NCBI RefSeq assembly: GCF_006345805.1
Contig: NC_042999.1
Location: 33,728,001 to 33,792,000 of the forward strand
Length of the DNA stretch: 64,000 nt
Source of the DNA: Octopus sinensis
Taxonomy: Eukaryota
Reading direction: 5' to 3'
The notes beneath the pieces are model-generated. The model was given only the letters and a program-made list of their open reading frames with translations. It was not told where the DNA came from and ran no database searches. Every line of letters starts with the position of its first letter. The stretch's first letter is position 1. The position numbers were made by a program, and so were the translations under genes. Shown here in pieces: positions 26,649-39,720 of this stretch.

Positions 26649-27172
26649 TAAAAGGCATTTCACCTTCATGAGGTGTCGATCTCAAGTCGGTTAAACCCTA
26701 AAGCTTTCAACTTCCACACTGTCTCAGTAACTCACCTTTGAATACTACACAATCTCTTAACTACTATAATTAATCGTGGAGTGCGAATCCCAGACAAACT
26801 TTTGCTAATAGTAACATCTGAAGATGAATTTCGATTTAACACAGTGAGACAGGTTTATGCATGGATTACTCTTACTTTGTTTTTGTAGGCTCAAAGATTT
26901 CCCCTGGATAAGTGGAGTAATCGAGTGGCATTATGTGGTTTAATAAATTTATCTAGTGGCACACAGTTTACAGTAACCTATTTCACACACGAGAAATTAA
27001 GGGGACTGAATGTGTTATTTTCACGTTCGACATAGCTGGGAAAATGTATAACTTTCAATAATAGGAAACAAAAGAAATATTTCAAAACATTTATATGACA
27101 ATCAAATGTTCGATGTGGTTAGCTTATAGTGAGTGGCTCATTTGTTTTAGCAAGTAAACAAATATGAATATA

Positions 27173-27551
27173 GGAGGAAGCACTCCGTCGGTTACGACGA
27201 CGAGGGTTCCGGTTGATCCGATCAATGGAACAGCCTGCTCGTGAAATTAACGTGTAAGTGGATGAGCACTCCACAGACACGTGCACCCTTAACGTAGTTC
27301 TCGGGGATATTCAGCGTGACACAGAGTGACAAGGCCGGCCCTTTGAAATACAGGTACAACAGAAACAGGAAGTAAGAGTGAGAGAAAGTGGTGAAAGAGT
27401 ACAGCAGGGATTACCACCATCCCTGCCGGAGCCTGGTGGAGCTTTAGGTGTTTTCGCTCAATAAACACTCACAACGCCAAGTCTTTGAATCGAAACCGCG
27501 ATCCTATGACCGCGAGTCCACTGCCCTAACCACTGGGCCATTGCGCCTCCA
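27173..27551 (-). mobile_element. tRNA-derived SINE family A, full length
   Basis: Reverse complement begins GGAGGCGCAATGGCCCAGTGGTTAGGGCAG (A box) with B box GTTTCGATTC; 13-bp TSD aaatatgaatata (27160-27172 / 27552-27564). Confidence 0.92.
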
Positions 27552-28532
27552 AAATATGAATATATCATATTATTCTCTTTGCGCACATAAAAAATAATAG
27601 GGTTGCCATAATATGTTTCTTATATCTCATAGTTTATATTCTACCGATGAAATATATCAACATATAAATCAAACAATTCTCAACAGCCTACCAAAATAAA
27701 ATGTTCTTGCAATTATTAGCAAATAAAATCAGCTATATACTAAAGGAATTTCACTTTTCTTTGGTTATTACGGTAATATATGTAAGAAATTTGAACCAAT
27801 AATTTGCATTCGTCTGTACTTAAATCTACCGAACGAAATCATTTCTACAACTTGAGTCTCCCCTGCTGCAACGCACGCGTATATGCAATCCACAGTTATT
27901 GTTCCCAGAAAGTACAATGATGATAGTGGTATAATTTTATATATGTTCTTCTTTCTCTAACTTAAATGCATGTGTCATTGGGATGTACTGGCTCAACAAC
28001 ATTAGTCATTGGAGCATAATGTAATGCGTTCTCTAAAATATGAAAGTACTTATCTAGAGTCCCAAATATCTAGGGCAATAAGTAGATGGTAAGAACATCT
28101 TTCTTCATGAAGCCCCTAAAATATATTGTTCGGAAATACTTGAAATGGCTATACAGATGTAGAAAGCAGATAGCTACAAAATTCATTCTGAGAGAAAGAT
28201 CGCCCAATAAAATATTCGTTATGCAGATCTTTATTTTAATCCTATCCTGTTTCATGCTCGTATATCAGTCGTGCAGTTTTCCCCTCAGATTAGCAATTGT
28301 CGTGTTTACTTATTTCTGTACGGGATCGATGCTGTCAAGTTAATTCGGAACATCTGGTGTATGTTCCTCATTCGGCAAAATAAAACAGGTCGAAATCCCA
28401 GTGTCTCAAAATCCACGGACAATATTCTCAATGAGCTCTTTTTTTTTACACACGCTGTCACTTAAGAGAAGTTTTCCTGCTATAGAATGTTGCAGCTAAT
28501 GTTGTTCTTCGAATGTGAATATATTGTAAATA

Positions 28533-28916
28533 GGGGAAGCACTCCGTCGGTTACGACGACGAGGGTTCCGGTTGATCCGAATCAACGGAACAGCCTGCTC
28601 GTGAAATTAACGTGTAAGTGGCTGAGCACTCCACAGACACGTGTACACTTAACGTAGTTCTCGGGGATATTCAGCGTGACACAGAGAGTGACAAGGCCGG
28701 CCCTTTGAAATACAGGCACAACAGAAACAGGAAGTAAGAGTGAGAGAAAGTTGTGGTGAAAGAGTACAGCAGGGATCACCACCATCCCCTGCCGGAGCTG
28801 CGTGGAGCTTTAGGTGTTTTCGCTCAATAAACACTCACAACGCCCGGTCTGGGAATCGAAACCGCGATCCTATGACCGCGAGTCCGCTGCCCTAACCACT
28901 GGGCCATTACACCTAC
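28533..28916 (-). mobile_element. tRNA-derived SINE family A, full length
   Basis: Highly similar to 27173-27551; TSD attgtaaata (28523-28532 / 28919-28928). Confidence 0.92.
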
Positions 28917-29518
28917 ACATTGTAAATATACTGCACACTTTTATAGTAATCTAACACGATTTAAAGTGTTCTGTTCTTCACTGCGTTACCAGTTACACAA
29001 CAATATTTTTTTTTAATATTTTTTTTTTAAATGAGACATCATATGACACCCATATTCTATTCCAGTCTTTATCTCGCTACAATTTTTAAAATCCGTTTTT
29101 TAATTTCTAATATTTCGTCCAGAGCAATGGTCATTAAAGTATACTTTTAAAAATTGGCTACTAATACAATATTCAAATTATCATTGCTTAAAAACTATAT
29201 CTCATTAGACGATTTTTAAAAAGAATAGTTAAATCTAAGTCTAATACCTCGTTTACTTAGACGTCAAATGAGAAGAGAACAGATGAAGGCGTTGCTCAAG
29301 TGCAAACGTCTCAGATATCATGACTTCTATCCTCACTGCATATGAATTTATTTAAAATTTCGAGTGCATTCCTTTTGCAGATACTTGATCTCAATATTCA
29401 TCACTGGCTTCTTTGAAATACATTAAAAATATTTTGCTTAATGTGAAATATTTATTTTGAGTTTTGCGAAAAATTTGAGCAGAAACAAAGAGCTTGCAAC
29501 GTCGTAAATTATAGGCAT

Positions 29519-29580
29519 TTTGAAATCTCCTATTTTAGTGTTTCTCGTTTTAGAGAAATACTAAAATAGGAGAATTCAAA
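29519..29580. other. 62-nt near-perfect hairpin
   Basis: 28-bp arms, 6-nt loop gtttta, one A-A mismatch and one G-T wobble. Confidence 0.85.
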
Positions 29581-30689
29581 CGACAGCAATTGCCGTTTTA
29601 TTCTATATTTGAAGTCGATAGCAATAAATTGAAAGAAGCAAGGAAAATCATACATGACTGATTCAGAGTATGATAATAATGTTGTAATTGCAAGCAATTG
29701 CGAATATTTAACTGTAACAGCTTTTTATTTCTAACATGTTAAATTGATTAATAAATGCCTTGGAGATAATAATGTATGATTTCAAATTTATCTGTCATCA
29801 CTAATTTTACACTTCAAAAACAAAAAGAATCTTCCTGGTACGTCATATGCTGCACTGTAGCGCAATACAATTTTCCTTTTACGTTTAATTTGTAAATGAC
29901 ACTAGTTAAAATTTCAAAGAATATTTAATTAGAAATGACATTTTCGCACATAAATAGAACAATCGTCTTTGCAAAACGAAATTCAAATAAAAAAAATTAT
30001 TAAATATAAACTTTAGAGTACGAAATTGAGAACAAACATTTCTAAAAATAAATGTTTACACAATGCACGAATTCCTATTTCAACTGGTGAGAAGAACAGA
30101 TAATACAGAAATTTCAGATTTTTGCTGTTGGTTATGCGAACATAGTACATATTATGGATTTTGAAACTATGCCATGTGTGAAAATTGAAAGTGTACATTG
30201 AGTGTGCATTAAAAGAGCAACTAGTTTAAATTATCATTGATTTACTATTGAAATTTGTAGAAACGCGAGAGATGTACCAGCTCAGCAAATACGAAATATA
30301 TATCTGAAAGGATTAAACTGACACGCCGTTACTGTATGCATTATGTTGAGTCTATACTGAGTTCTCTAATGGAGGAGGAGACGTCAATTTGAGTTTTCTC
30401 TAAATTTGCTTGTCTTTTGCCGTTTTCTTCCGCTGAAATTGTAATTATTGTTTCGCGGATGTATCAAATTATCTTGTAAATGAGTTTCACCCCATTTCAA
30501 TCTCGGATCTCTGAGCGGGCGTTCTGCCAGTGCCGTAAACTTTCCCGGGCATATTTTTCCATCTTTCTTTTTTCAAAACCTGAGAAGTCTTTGTCTAAAC
30601 AGAGGAATGGGTGTAGGAGAAAATGCATAGTAGTCAACCAATCGTATCGGTGGCCATACCCTTTGACTTTTGCAAAGAGCTTACTGACA

Positions 30690-30930
30690 ATAACACCATC
30701 AACAACAACAACAACACTACCATCACCACCAGCATCAACAACAACTTGCCAAGAGCCAAAAGAAGAACACTAACAACATAATGACCCGTGAAAAATCCAA
30801 CAACAACAATAACGACATCAAGAACAATACCAACAAATTAATAGTAGTAACGAAACCCTCAGCAACAACGATAATATTATAACAATTAGCATCAGTATTA
30901 GCATCAGCAAAAAGCATCAACAGTACCAAG
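30690..30930. repeat. Degenerate CAA/CAT/CAG trinucleotide tract
   Basis: Direct reading. Confidence 0.7.
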
Positions 30931-30999
30931 TTGGGCATTTTGTATCTAGAATATTGGCAGACGCTCACTGAATTTTACCAGTTGTCCAAAACAGTTTGC

Positions 31000-31720
31000 G
31001 GAAAAACAACAGAAGATTCCTATATTTGAGGGTATGAATGACGATGGCCTAGGATTGAATCTAGGCATCGGTGAGAACAGTCTGAGTAGTCTCTTCTAGA
31101 GGAGTTTCGGATCGAAGATCACATTCAATTCTCGAAAGTCTTTGGCTTGGCAGTGCTACAGGGGTGGGGCATTGCCCGTTCGTGGCAAGCTCTTCAGACA
31201 TGGAAGTCTTAACAGCCGAACCTGCCGAGATGCTTGCTGGGGGTTGAAACCGTCCTGCATGCAACAATACTGTGTCCGTGCATTATAGGGATCGTATGTA
31301 GCAGCTGTCGTCGATCCTAAGAAGATTTCAGCTGTCTGCTGTGTGTAGAGTGAAGATCGACGCACCACCTTCTCTGCTAAGGGAGGTATTTCTATGCTTA
31401 ATGGCTGTGGTAAAAGAGACTGTGTGGTGGACCCATACGAAAGGTTTGAAAACAAACACATTTCTATCTGGTCAATCCCTCTTTAATTTCTTCAAATATC
31501 ATTTGAGGAGGAAGTTGGGTGTACAGAGGGAGATGCTGCCTTATAGTGTGGTATAGAAAGGTCGCCGACATTCGCAAGAATGCTGAATGGATCTACTCTG
31601 AATATACTTTTCTGAGCTGGGGAAAAGAAATTCGAAGAGGGCACTTACCCTTGCCATGCAAATGGCAGAGTAATCCGGGATTTTCCTGTGGGGTTTATCT
31701 CAGATTACCTTAAGTGAGCT
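31000..31720 (+). mobile_element. 3' fragment of a Tx1/L1-clade LINE ORF2, pseudogenised
   Basis: SLAWQCYRGGALPVRGKLFRHG..TC(P)RCLLGVETVLHATILCP (CxxC-H-C knuckle) and VWWTHTKGLKTNTFLSGQSLFNFFKYHLRRKL (ORF 31341-31556). Confidence 0.75.
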
Positions 31721-31990
31721 GCTCCGCTATTCGAAATTATATAGATATATTTATTATTTATTTCTCTACATTCAATTATATATCCTCTGTTATATTATTT
31801 AATATGGTAGTATCACCCATTGCTTAATGTTATCTCCACATATTTGGGGAATTTTCTTTTGTGCTGTAACTCGTCCTTCGATATTGTTCTCCATATCTTG
31901 GATCTTTGGGTTAATAAAAGATAATTATTATTATTATTACTTAAAACTGTTTATTACTTAATTATGTTTTCCATGAATATTATTTTCAAA

Positions 31991-32142
31991 CTTTGGCACA
32001 GGGTCAACAAGTTCGATTACACCGACCCCAGTGCTTGACTGGTACTTATAATATCGACCCCGAAAGGATGAAAGGTAAAGACAGACGAAATATCGCTAAG
32101 CATTATGTCCGGCGTGGAAACAATTCTGTCACCTCGCCGCTT
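31991..32142 (-). mobile_element. tRNA-derived SINE family B, internally deleted
   Basis: cgaccccagtg..actggtactt..atcgaccccgaaaggatgaaagg core joined directly to the head remnant ...ctcgccgc. Confidence 0.75.
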
Positions 32143-33544
32143 TGTTTTTCAGGAATATTGCTATTAAATATGTAAGATCATAATGCAGAGCTAGCGTGTA
32201 TAATATATAATATATCGCTGCTGTAATCTCTAGTGAACTTTCTGAATCTCTTATGAGGCACCTGTGTGTTATTTGCATTTGTTTGTCAATACTTCTAAAT
32301 AAATCGGAAGTCAAATAAACCTTGATGGTTTCATAATTTGTATTATACAACTCTCCCTCGTATCAGTATTCATTTTATAATCTTTGATTCCAGCATGAAG
32401 AAATTTTTCGAACATAAAATTTTAAGCATTTCTATTGAAATTTAAAATATTATCTACCTTCAAAGCCAATTTTCTTTTCAAATGACCATATTTTATTCTC
32501 TGTTCTCTGATAATAAACTCCATCATATAAATGGATAACAGTAAAAGAATCTGTTAGAAATTCGTCTCATTAATTCATATTCTTTTCATAATTTGGCCAT
32601 TACTGGAACTGCAGTGATATTTTTCACTGCATACTGCTGAGATGATAAAAGTAGGTGATTAACATGACCTGGCCCTATTCCAGGATATCTTTTTGTACTA
32701 TCTTCATTTAATTCTATGTGATAAAAACATTAAAAAACGAAATCATGTTTCAAATGAAATACTCTGCTGATTGTGTAGTCTACAACACGAATTTGAAAAA
32801 AATCAATGAGAAACGGGTTTAAAAAGTCATATCCTAATGAATACTCAGCATTCATTTTATTTTAATATATTTTTTTAAATGTTGCCATGGGCATCAGTCT
32901 AGACGTAAGTTGATTAAAACATTTTATTATTTTGGATATCTGTTTAATATCCGTTATTACGTTTGATAACATTCGTTGCATATGTCTTGGAAATATATTG
33001 TCAGGAATATACTCATATACTCATATATTGTCAGGAACAAAATGTTAACTCATCTAAACTAACAGTTTTATATTAAGGTAAACTGATATTTTTATTTAAT
33101 AAATAAACTAGTTAAGACTTCGCCGTAAAACTTTCTAATCTGTTATTCGATTCCCGAAATATAACTTATCATACAGGCAAGGATTTCGGTAATATTTTAT
33201 GGGAATGTGGAAGAATAATCATAAAACATTTTAGATGAACAGAGCATCAGTAATTTTGCATAAAAAATAATCTCAAAACTTTTTATGAATTATGTCACAT
33301 ATATTTGAAGCATAATGAAATAACGTTTGGTCATAGAATCAATAAAGAAATCCAAAAGATTTCACAGTTTCACTATGAGGAGAAAATGTCTTAACCTTTA
33401 AGGCATAGGATTTTCAACAAAGTGTACCACTGTGTTTCTTCAAGAGGAAACTTGTAGCAGAAGTGTGTAATAATCTTATGTTTGGTTGCTTGAGTTTAAA
33501 AGCAGCAGAATTGATGTGGGTGTATACCACATAGATATATATAC

Positions 33545-33619
33545 AGCTAGATAGATAGATAGATAGATACATATATACATACATAATAAATAGATAGATA
33601 GATAGATAAATAGATAGAC

Positions 33620-33681
<62 letters not shown>

Positions 33682-33710
33682 GTAGGTAGATAGATAGATA
33701 TATAGATAGG

Positions 33711-33777
<67 letters not shown>
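33545..33777. repeat. (GATA)n microsatellite
   Basis: Direct reading. Confidence 0.95.
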
Positions 33778-34590
33778 CAAACATCTATCAATACAAGTAT
33801 CGATTTAAGATGGAAAAGAAACAATCAATTATAATTCATAACTTGACATTCAGTCGTCACTGGCATTATTCATTCTATATCTGCATTATTCCTTCTATAT
33901 CAAATTGAAACATGTTATTAAACTCGACATAATCAAGGAAATAATGTGCAATATATTTGTAGTTAATTTACAATTAGTATTAAGTTTTATCGAACCATCG
34001 AATTGATGACTAATTCTTTTTTATATTGCAGGTTAATCAATCAAAATATTCTGCTAGTGCTAATTGGCTGACACGCTCTGCATTAAATATGCAATATACT
34101 CCTAACAAATAACATCAGTCTTAATTGTAAGCACAGCTCCCTCTTAGATCACTGCCGTATAAGCTATGAATTAATGACGAGTTCAGTGTGAAGACAACAT
34201 GTCACTAACAAAAGAAGTGAACTGTCTCTGAAATCAAAGCTAAGCAGCTCAAAAAACACGAATACATTCGAAAGATATAAGAGTAACAGATGTTATGGTT
34301 TCGAATATAAGGATTGCTTGATCAATATTGACATGGGAAGTAAAATCGCAAAATCAACAGAAGCAGTTCAATAACAATAGTAACGGTAGCATTTGCCGTC
34401 TGAGTTTAATCTAATTAATCTTATATGCTGAATATGTATGTGTGTGTGTGTATGCATACTTGTGTGTACATGTATATGTACATATATGTGTATGTATATA
34501 TTTATATATATATGTGTGTGTGTATATATATACATATATGTATACATGAATACATGTATACATGTATATGTATATATATACATATATATA

Positions 34591-34640
<50 letters not shown>

Positions 34641-34699
34641 TACATATATATATATAATATATACATATATATATACATATATATACATATATATATATA

Positions 34700-34920
34700 C
34701 GTATTCACACTAACAACGCTGTGAAAGCTACATTATCTGTATGATGTGGAAAATATTCCATCAGCACTGTCCAAATGATGTTGGTATCACCTTCAAAATA
34801 CATCCAAGACTTGGACACCGTGCCATCCGCCCACAACAAAAATCTCAAACGCATCTCATAACAACATTGCGGCACAATTATTTCACCTCAATTGGACCCG
34901 CCCTCTTCAACATTACACAT
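34700..34920 (+). mobile_element. CR1/L2-like LINE ORF2 C-terminal fragment
   Basis: [57 protein letters not shown] matches the QRRRERY..WKI...PN...R.NSF...GP.LFN pattern downstream of CR1/L2 RT. Confidence 0.7.
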
Positions 34921-35577
34921 GCATGTATGTATGTATGTAGATACCTATACATACATTAGTATATGTATTCATATTTATAGTTTTTGCTTGTATAGGTTTG
35001 TATATATGGATGTATATTTGTTCTCTGTGTGTATTATAAGTAAATGATTTATATATGTTTGTACGTGTATATATTCTGTAAGTGAATATTATATTGTAAA
35101 CAGACTTGTGATTTTTTAATTAAATTTATTTCACCACTAATTAATTACTCTGAGTATACATAGATATTTTGATTTAAGATCTTCAATTGAACATAATATG
35201 ATTTTGAAATCGTAATTTTAATTTTATGTATATTATCGGTCCTTAAAAAGACCGTTAGTTGAAAGGACCAATGAAACGAAACCAGTTTCGAATGTGTATC
35301 TGTCAAGGTAGATTGCATATACATAAATAATAGATTAACTTTTCGTTGCATTCTGAAACAAAACTGCCCGACGACGGCAACGTGAAACAGTGAATAACTG
35401 TTTGTTGTGGCGTTTTTCAGGTTTAATATTAAAGCATATTACTCTCCCTCTGGTATTCGAGTAATAGTTTTTCTACCTTGTTTCATATTTATGTGCTTAC
35501 TCTCGTATATATATATATATATATATCTATATATATATATATATGTGTGTGTATGTGTGTGTGTGTATGTGTGTATG

Positions 35578-35610
<33 letters not shown>

Positions 35611-35617
35611 TATATAT

Positions 35618-35650
<33 letters not shown>

Positions 35651-35680
35651 TATATATATACATATACATATATATATATA

Positions 35681-35901
35681 CGTATTCACACTAACAACGC
35701 TGTGAAAGCTACATTATCTGTATGATGTGGAAAATATTCCATCAGCACTGTCCAAATGATGTTGGTATCACCTTCAAAATACATCCAAGACTTGGACACC
35801 GTGCCATCCGCCCACAACAAAAATCTCAAACGCATCTCATAACAACATTGCGGCACAATTATTTCACCTCAATTGGACCCGCCCTCTTCAACATTACACA
35901 T
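35681..35901 (+). mobile_element. Duplicate of the CR1/L2-like fragment
   Basis: Identical to 34700-34920 (ORF 35722-35940 equals ORF 34741-34959). Confidence 0.7.
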
Positions 35902-36578
35902 GCATGTATGTATGTATGTAGATACCTATACATACATTAGTATATGTATTCATATTTATAGTTTTTGCTTGTATAGGTTTGTATATATGGATGTATATTT
36001 GTTCTCTGTGTGTATTTATAAGTAAATGATTTATATATGTTTGTACGTGTATATATTTCTGTAAGTGAATATTATATTGTAAACAGACTTGTGATTTTTT
36101 AATTAAATTTATTTCACCACTAATTAATTTACTCTGAGTATACATAGATAATTTTGATTTAAGATCTTCAATTGAACATAATATGATTTTGAAATCGTAA
36201 TTTTAATTTTATGTATATTATCGGTCCTTAAAAAGACCGTTAGTTGAAAGGACCAATGAAACGAAACCAGTTTCGAATGTGTATCTGTCAAGGTAGATTG
36301 CATATACATAAATAATAGATTAACTTTTCGTTGCATTCTGAAACAAAACTGCCCGACGACGGCAACGTGAAACAGTGAATAACTGTTTGTTGTGGCGTTT
36401 TTGCAGGTTTAATATTAAAGCATATTACTCTCCCTCTGGTATTCGAGTAATAGTTTTTCTACCTTGTTTCATATTTATGTGCTTACTCTCGTATATATAT
36501 ATATATATCTATATCTATATATATATATATATGTGTGTGTATGTGTGTGTGTGTATGTGTGTATGTATATATATATGT

Positions 36579-36625
<47 letters not shown>

Positions 36626-36663
36626 TTTGAATCATATTTTCAGTATCTAAATATATTGTTTTC

Positions 36664-37245
36664 TTTTCTACTCTAGGCACTATAACCTAAATTTTGGTGG
36701 GAGAGGGCCAGTCGAGTAGATCAACCCCAGTATGCAACTTGTACTTAATTTATCGACCCCGAAAGGATGAAAATTAAAGTTAACCTTGGCGAATTTTGAA
36801 CTCAGAACGTAAAAATAGACGCAATACCTATTTCTTTACTACCCACAAGGGGCTAAACACAGAGGAGACAAACAAGGACAAACAGACGGATTATGTTAAT
36901 TATATCGACCCCAGTGCGTAACTGGTACTTAATTTATCGACTCCGAAATTATGAAAGGCAAAGTCGACCTCGACGGAATTTGAACTCAGAACGTAACGGC
37001 AGACGAAATACCTATTTCTTTACTACCCACAAGGGGCTAAACAAAGAGAGGACAAACAAGGACAGACAGAAGGATTAAGTCAATTATATCGACCCCAGTG
37101 CGTAACTGGTACTTATTTAATCGACCCCGAAAGGACGAAAGGCAATGTCGACCTCGGCGGAATTTGAACTCAGAACGTAGCCACATACGAAATACTGTTA
37201 AGCATTTCACCCGGCGTGTTCATGTTTCTGCCAGCTCGCCGTCTT
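36664..37245 (-). mobile_element. SINE family B, trimeric arrangement (one head, three cores, 184-bp period)
   Basis: Head GGCGAGCTGGCAGAAAC (A box); B box GTTCAAATTCC repeated; tc(g/a)accccag at 36721, 36905 and 37089. Confidence 0.88.
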
Positions 37246-37469
37246 CTGTGTCTAAATATATTGATACAAGTGAGACGATCGTTGGTTTTGTATAGCGAAT
37301 TCTACAATTAATAATATTTTCTATATCTGTATTTTTTTTTATATTCAGGTATATATGTACGTATATGTACATATGCATTTGTATGTGTGTGTGTGTGAAT
37401 GTATATGTATACACGTCTTGAAGTGTCCGAGGCGTATATATATAAGTTTGTGTATGTGCTGATAATATT

Positions 37470-37472
37470 ACT

Positions 37473-37514
<42 letters not shown>

Positions 37515-37586
37515 GAAGTAGTAGTAGTAGTAGCAGCAACAGCAGCAGCAGCAACAGCATCATCAGCAGCAGCAGTAATAGTAGCA

Positions 37587-37617
<31 letters not shown>

Positions 37618-37618
37618 C

Positions 37619-37658
<40 letters not shown>

Positions 37659-37660
37659 TC
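37470..37660. repeat. (TAG)n/(CAG)n trinucleotide microsatellite
   Basis: Direct reading; explains the poly-L ORF. Confidence 0.95.
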
Positions 37661-37845
37661 TGCTGCAGCAGTGGTTTCTTGATGGATTTATTCTTAAAAT
37701 GTTTGACATTATATAAGAAATGAATATTGCGTTGATATGAAATATGTGAATATAAATTAATAATTGTAACGTTCACACCCACCTACATGCATACACATAC
37801 ACACATATTTACATATATGCTCTCATAAACATATACATACACATA

Positions 37846-37876
<31 letters not shown>

Positions 37877-38379
37877 CCGTATCTGTGAAACCAATACATA
37901 GACATCCATCTATTACTTGACATCTTAAGTAGAAGAGCCTTTTGAAACTCAATATTCAATATGTTATCATTTTGTAGATCTCAACGTAGATGGTCTACAA
38001 CGCAAACAGAAAGGTCATGCCATTTCGAAATGATAAAGGCTTTCCAAAAATATACAAATTCTTGCGATTGTTTCCATTTTAATCATGACATGCATAGCAT
38101 ATATACCTCATATAATTAGTAACGCTACATATTTTTATCATTGGAAGATATGGCTGTATCTTTGGTGTGTTGTTGAATAAGGAATGCCTGAAGATATATA
38201 ATCTCTATAGTTAAGAAAATTAGTTTTAGAACGGTGATATGGTTTCAAATTTACATTTCAAATTTAGATATTTAAAATTCATACTTTCCTATTAAATGTA
38301 ATGTACCTTGCATTTCGTTATGTGAAATTAAAATGTAAAAAAATTTCATGCATATATATTATGGGATAAATATATCATA

Positions 38380-38415
<36 letters not shown>

Positions 38416-38433
38416 TGTATGTATTTATATATA

Positions 38434-38638
38434 GGCGTAAGAGTGGTTGTATGGTAAGTAGCTTGCTTACCAACCACATGGTTCCGGTTTCAGTCCCACT
38501 GCGTAGCACCTTGGGCAAGTGTCTTCTACTATAGCCTCAGGCCGACCAAAGACTAAGTTCTGGGATCGATTTGCTCGACTAAAGGCGGTGCCCCAGCATG
38601 GCAGCAGTCAAATGACTGAAACAATTAAAAAACAAAAG
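38434..38638 (+). mobile_element. tRNA-derived SINE family C, internally deleted
   Basis: Head ggcgtaagagtggttgtatggtaag..ggttccggtttcagtccc; CORE-like accttgggcaagtgtcttctactatagcctc; middle section of the 26263 copy is absent. Confidence 0.8.
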
Positions 38639-38654
38639 GACAAAGAATATACAT

Positions 38655-38688
<34 letters not shown>

Positions 38689-39495
38689 GGAGAGAGAGAG
38701 AGAGATACGTAGACAGAGACTGAAAGAGAGAAAGATATATAGATAACCTTATATCTAACTTCGGGATGTTGTATCATAATACCGAATACAGCGGTAGTAG
38801 CCATGAGATATCCTTTGATAGAGGTATTTGATGGATAAAATCATTAACATAGATTCTAGTAAACGAGAATTGTCTGTCAAACCCCCACGGACCTCCCATT
38901 TCTCGTGATTTCATTCTGCTTAGAATAATCAGTGGGAGGTGTACGGTCATGCATGCCTGTCTCATCCCTCCGCTCCGATATATATAATATCAGCACCTTT
39001 TCAAACGATGATATAGCAGAGAGCACTTAGGCTGTGAGAAAATTCGAGTAAGCTCTAATAATCCTATTCAGAACCATTAATTGTGTTATGTTATGAATGA
39101 AAACATAATCATTTTATTAGTGTAAGGGAGGGAGAAATCTGTTCTTGACTAGGGCACATGGCTTGAATACTTACAACGGTGAAGTCCACGAAAGTCAGCC
39201 ATGATGTCAATTAGTGATGTGAAACTGGATGATGGTGAAGGTAACCACCTGTAGAGTTCAGTGCAACTACGTTTCAGAACGCACAAAACCGAAAAAAATA
39301 CCGCTGCACATTCAATGTGATGATGTTTTGTTTCCAGCAATTCACAGCTGTGAGTTAGCGTTTATTCATACACCTAAACATGAATTATAAAAATGATCAC
39401 AACGGAATTTGAACGCCAAATGACCGAACAGATAACGTGGTACATTCTTACCGACGCTTTGACGACTCTATTTAATACAATAATGTATGTATTCA

Positions 39496-39720
39496 GTGTG
39501 GTCGTATGGTTAGGAATTGTTTCGCAGCCTGCAGGCCACAGTTTTGATTCCCCTCCCTGACATATTGATAGTATCTTTTATCATGATATCGGAGGCCATC
39601 CAAGCATTGTAGTGACACTGGATGGCAAGAAACTATGCAGAAGCGTGCAGGATGTATCGTACCTGCTACTGACATGTACAGCCTTTTTCCATTGTGTCAC
39701 GCCGATTCTACCAAACAATT
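39496..39720 (+). mobile_element. Old tRNA-derived SINE remnant
   Basis: gtgtggtcgtatggttagg (A box-like) and agttttgattccc (B box-like); body diverged. Confidence 0.4.

Larger units (their letters stand above)
34700..36491. repeat. Tandem duplication, period 981 bp (unique parts 34700-35505 and 35681-36491), bounded by (TA)n tracts
   Basis: By-eye comparison found no substitutions, only five single-base indels. Confidence 0.95.

Noticed and set aside
27480-27551. tRNA gene-like A/B boxes (also at 28850-28916, 48388-48475, 50324-50385 and 59330-59402)
   Set aside because: They are SINE heads attached to SINE bodies with TSDs; no complete cloverleaf.
34030-34200. TAAT/octamer-rich stretch resembling a developmental enhancer, after a ttgcag acceptor-like site
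   Set aside because: Such motifs are expected in AT-rich DNA; cannot be supported without cross-species alignment or chromatin data.
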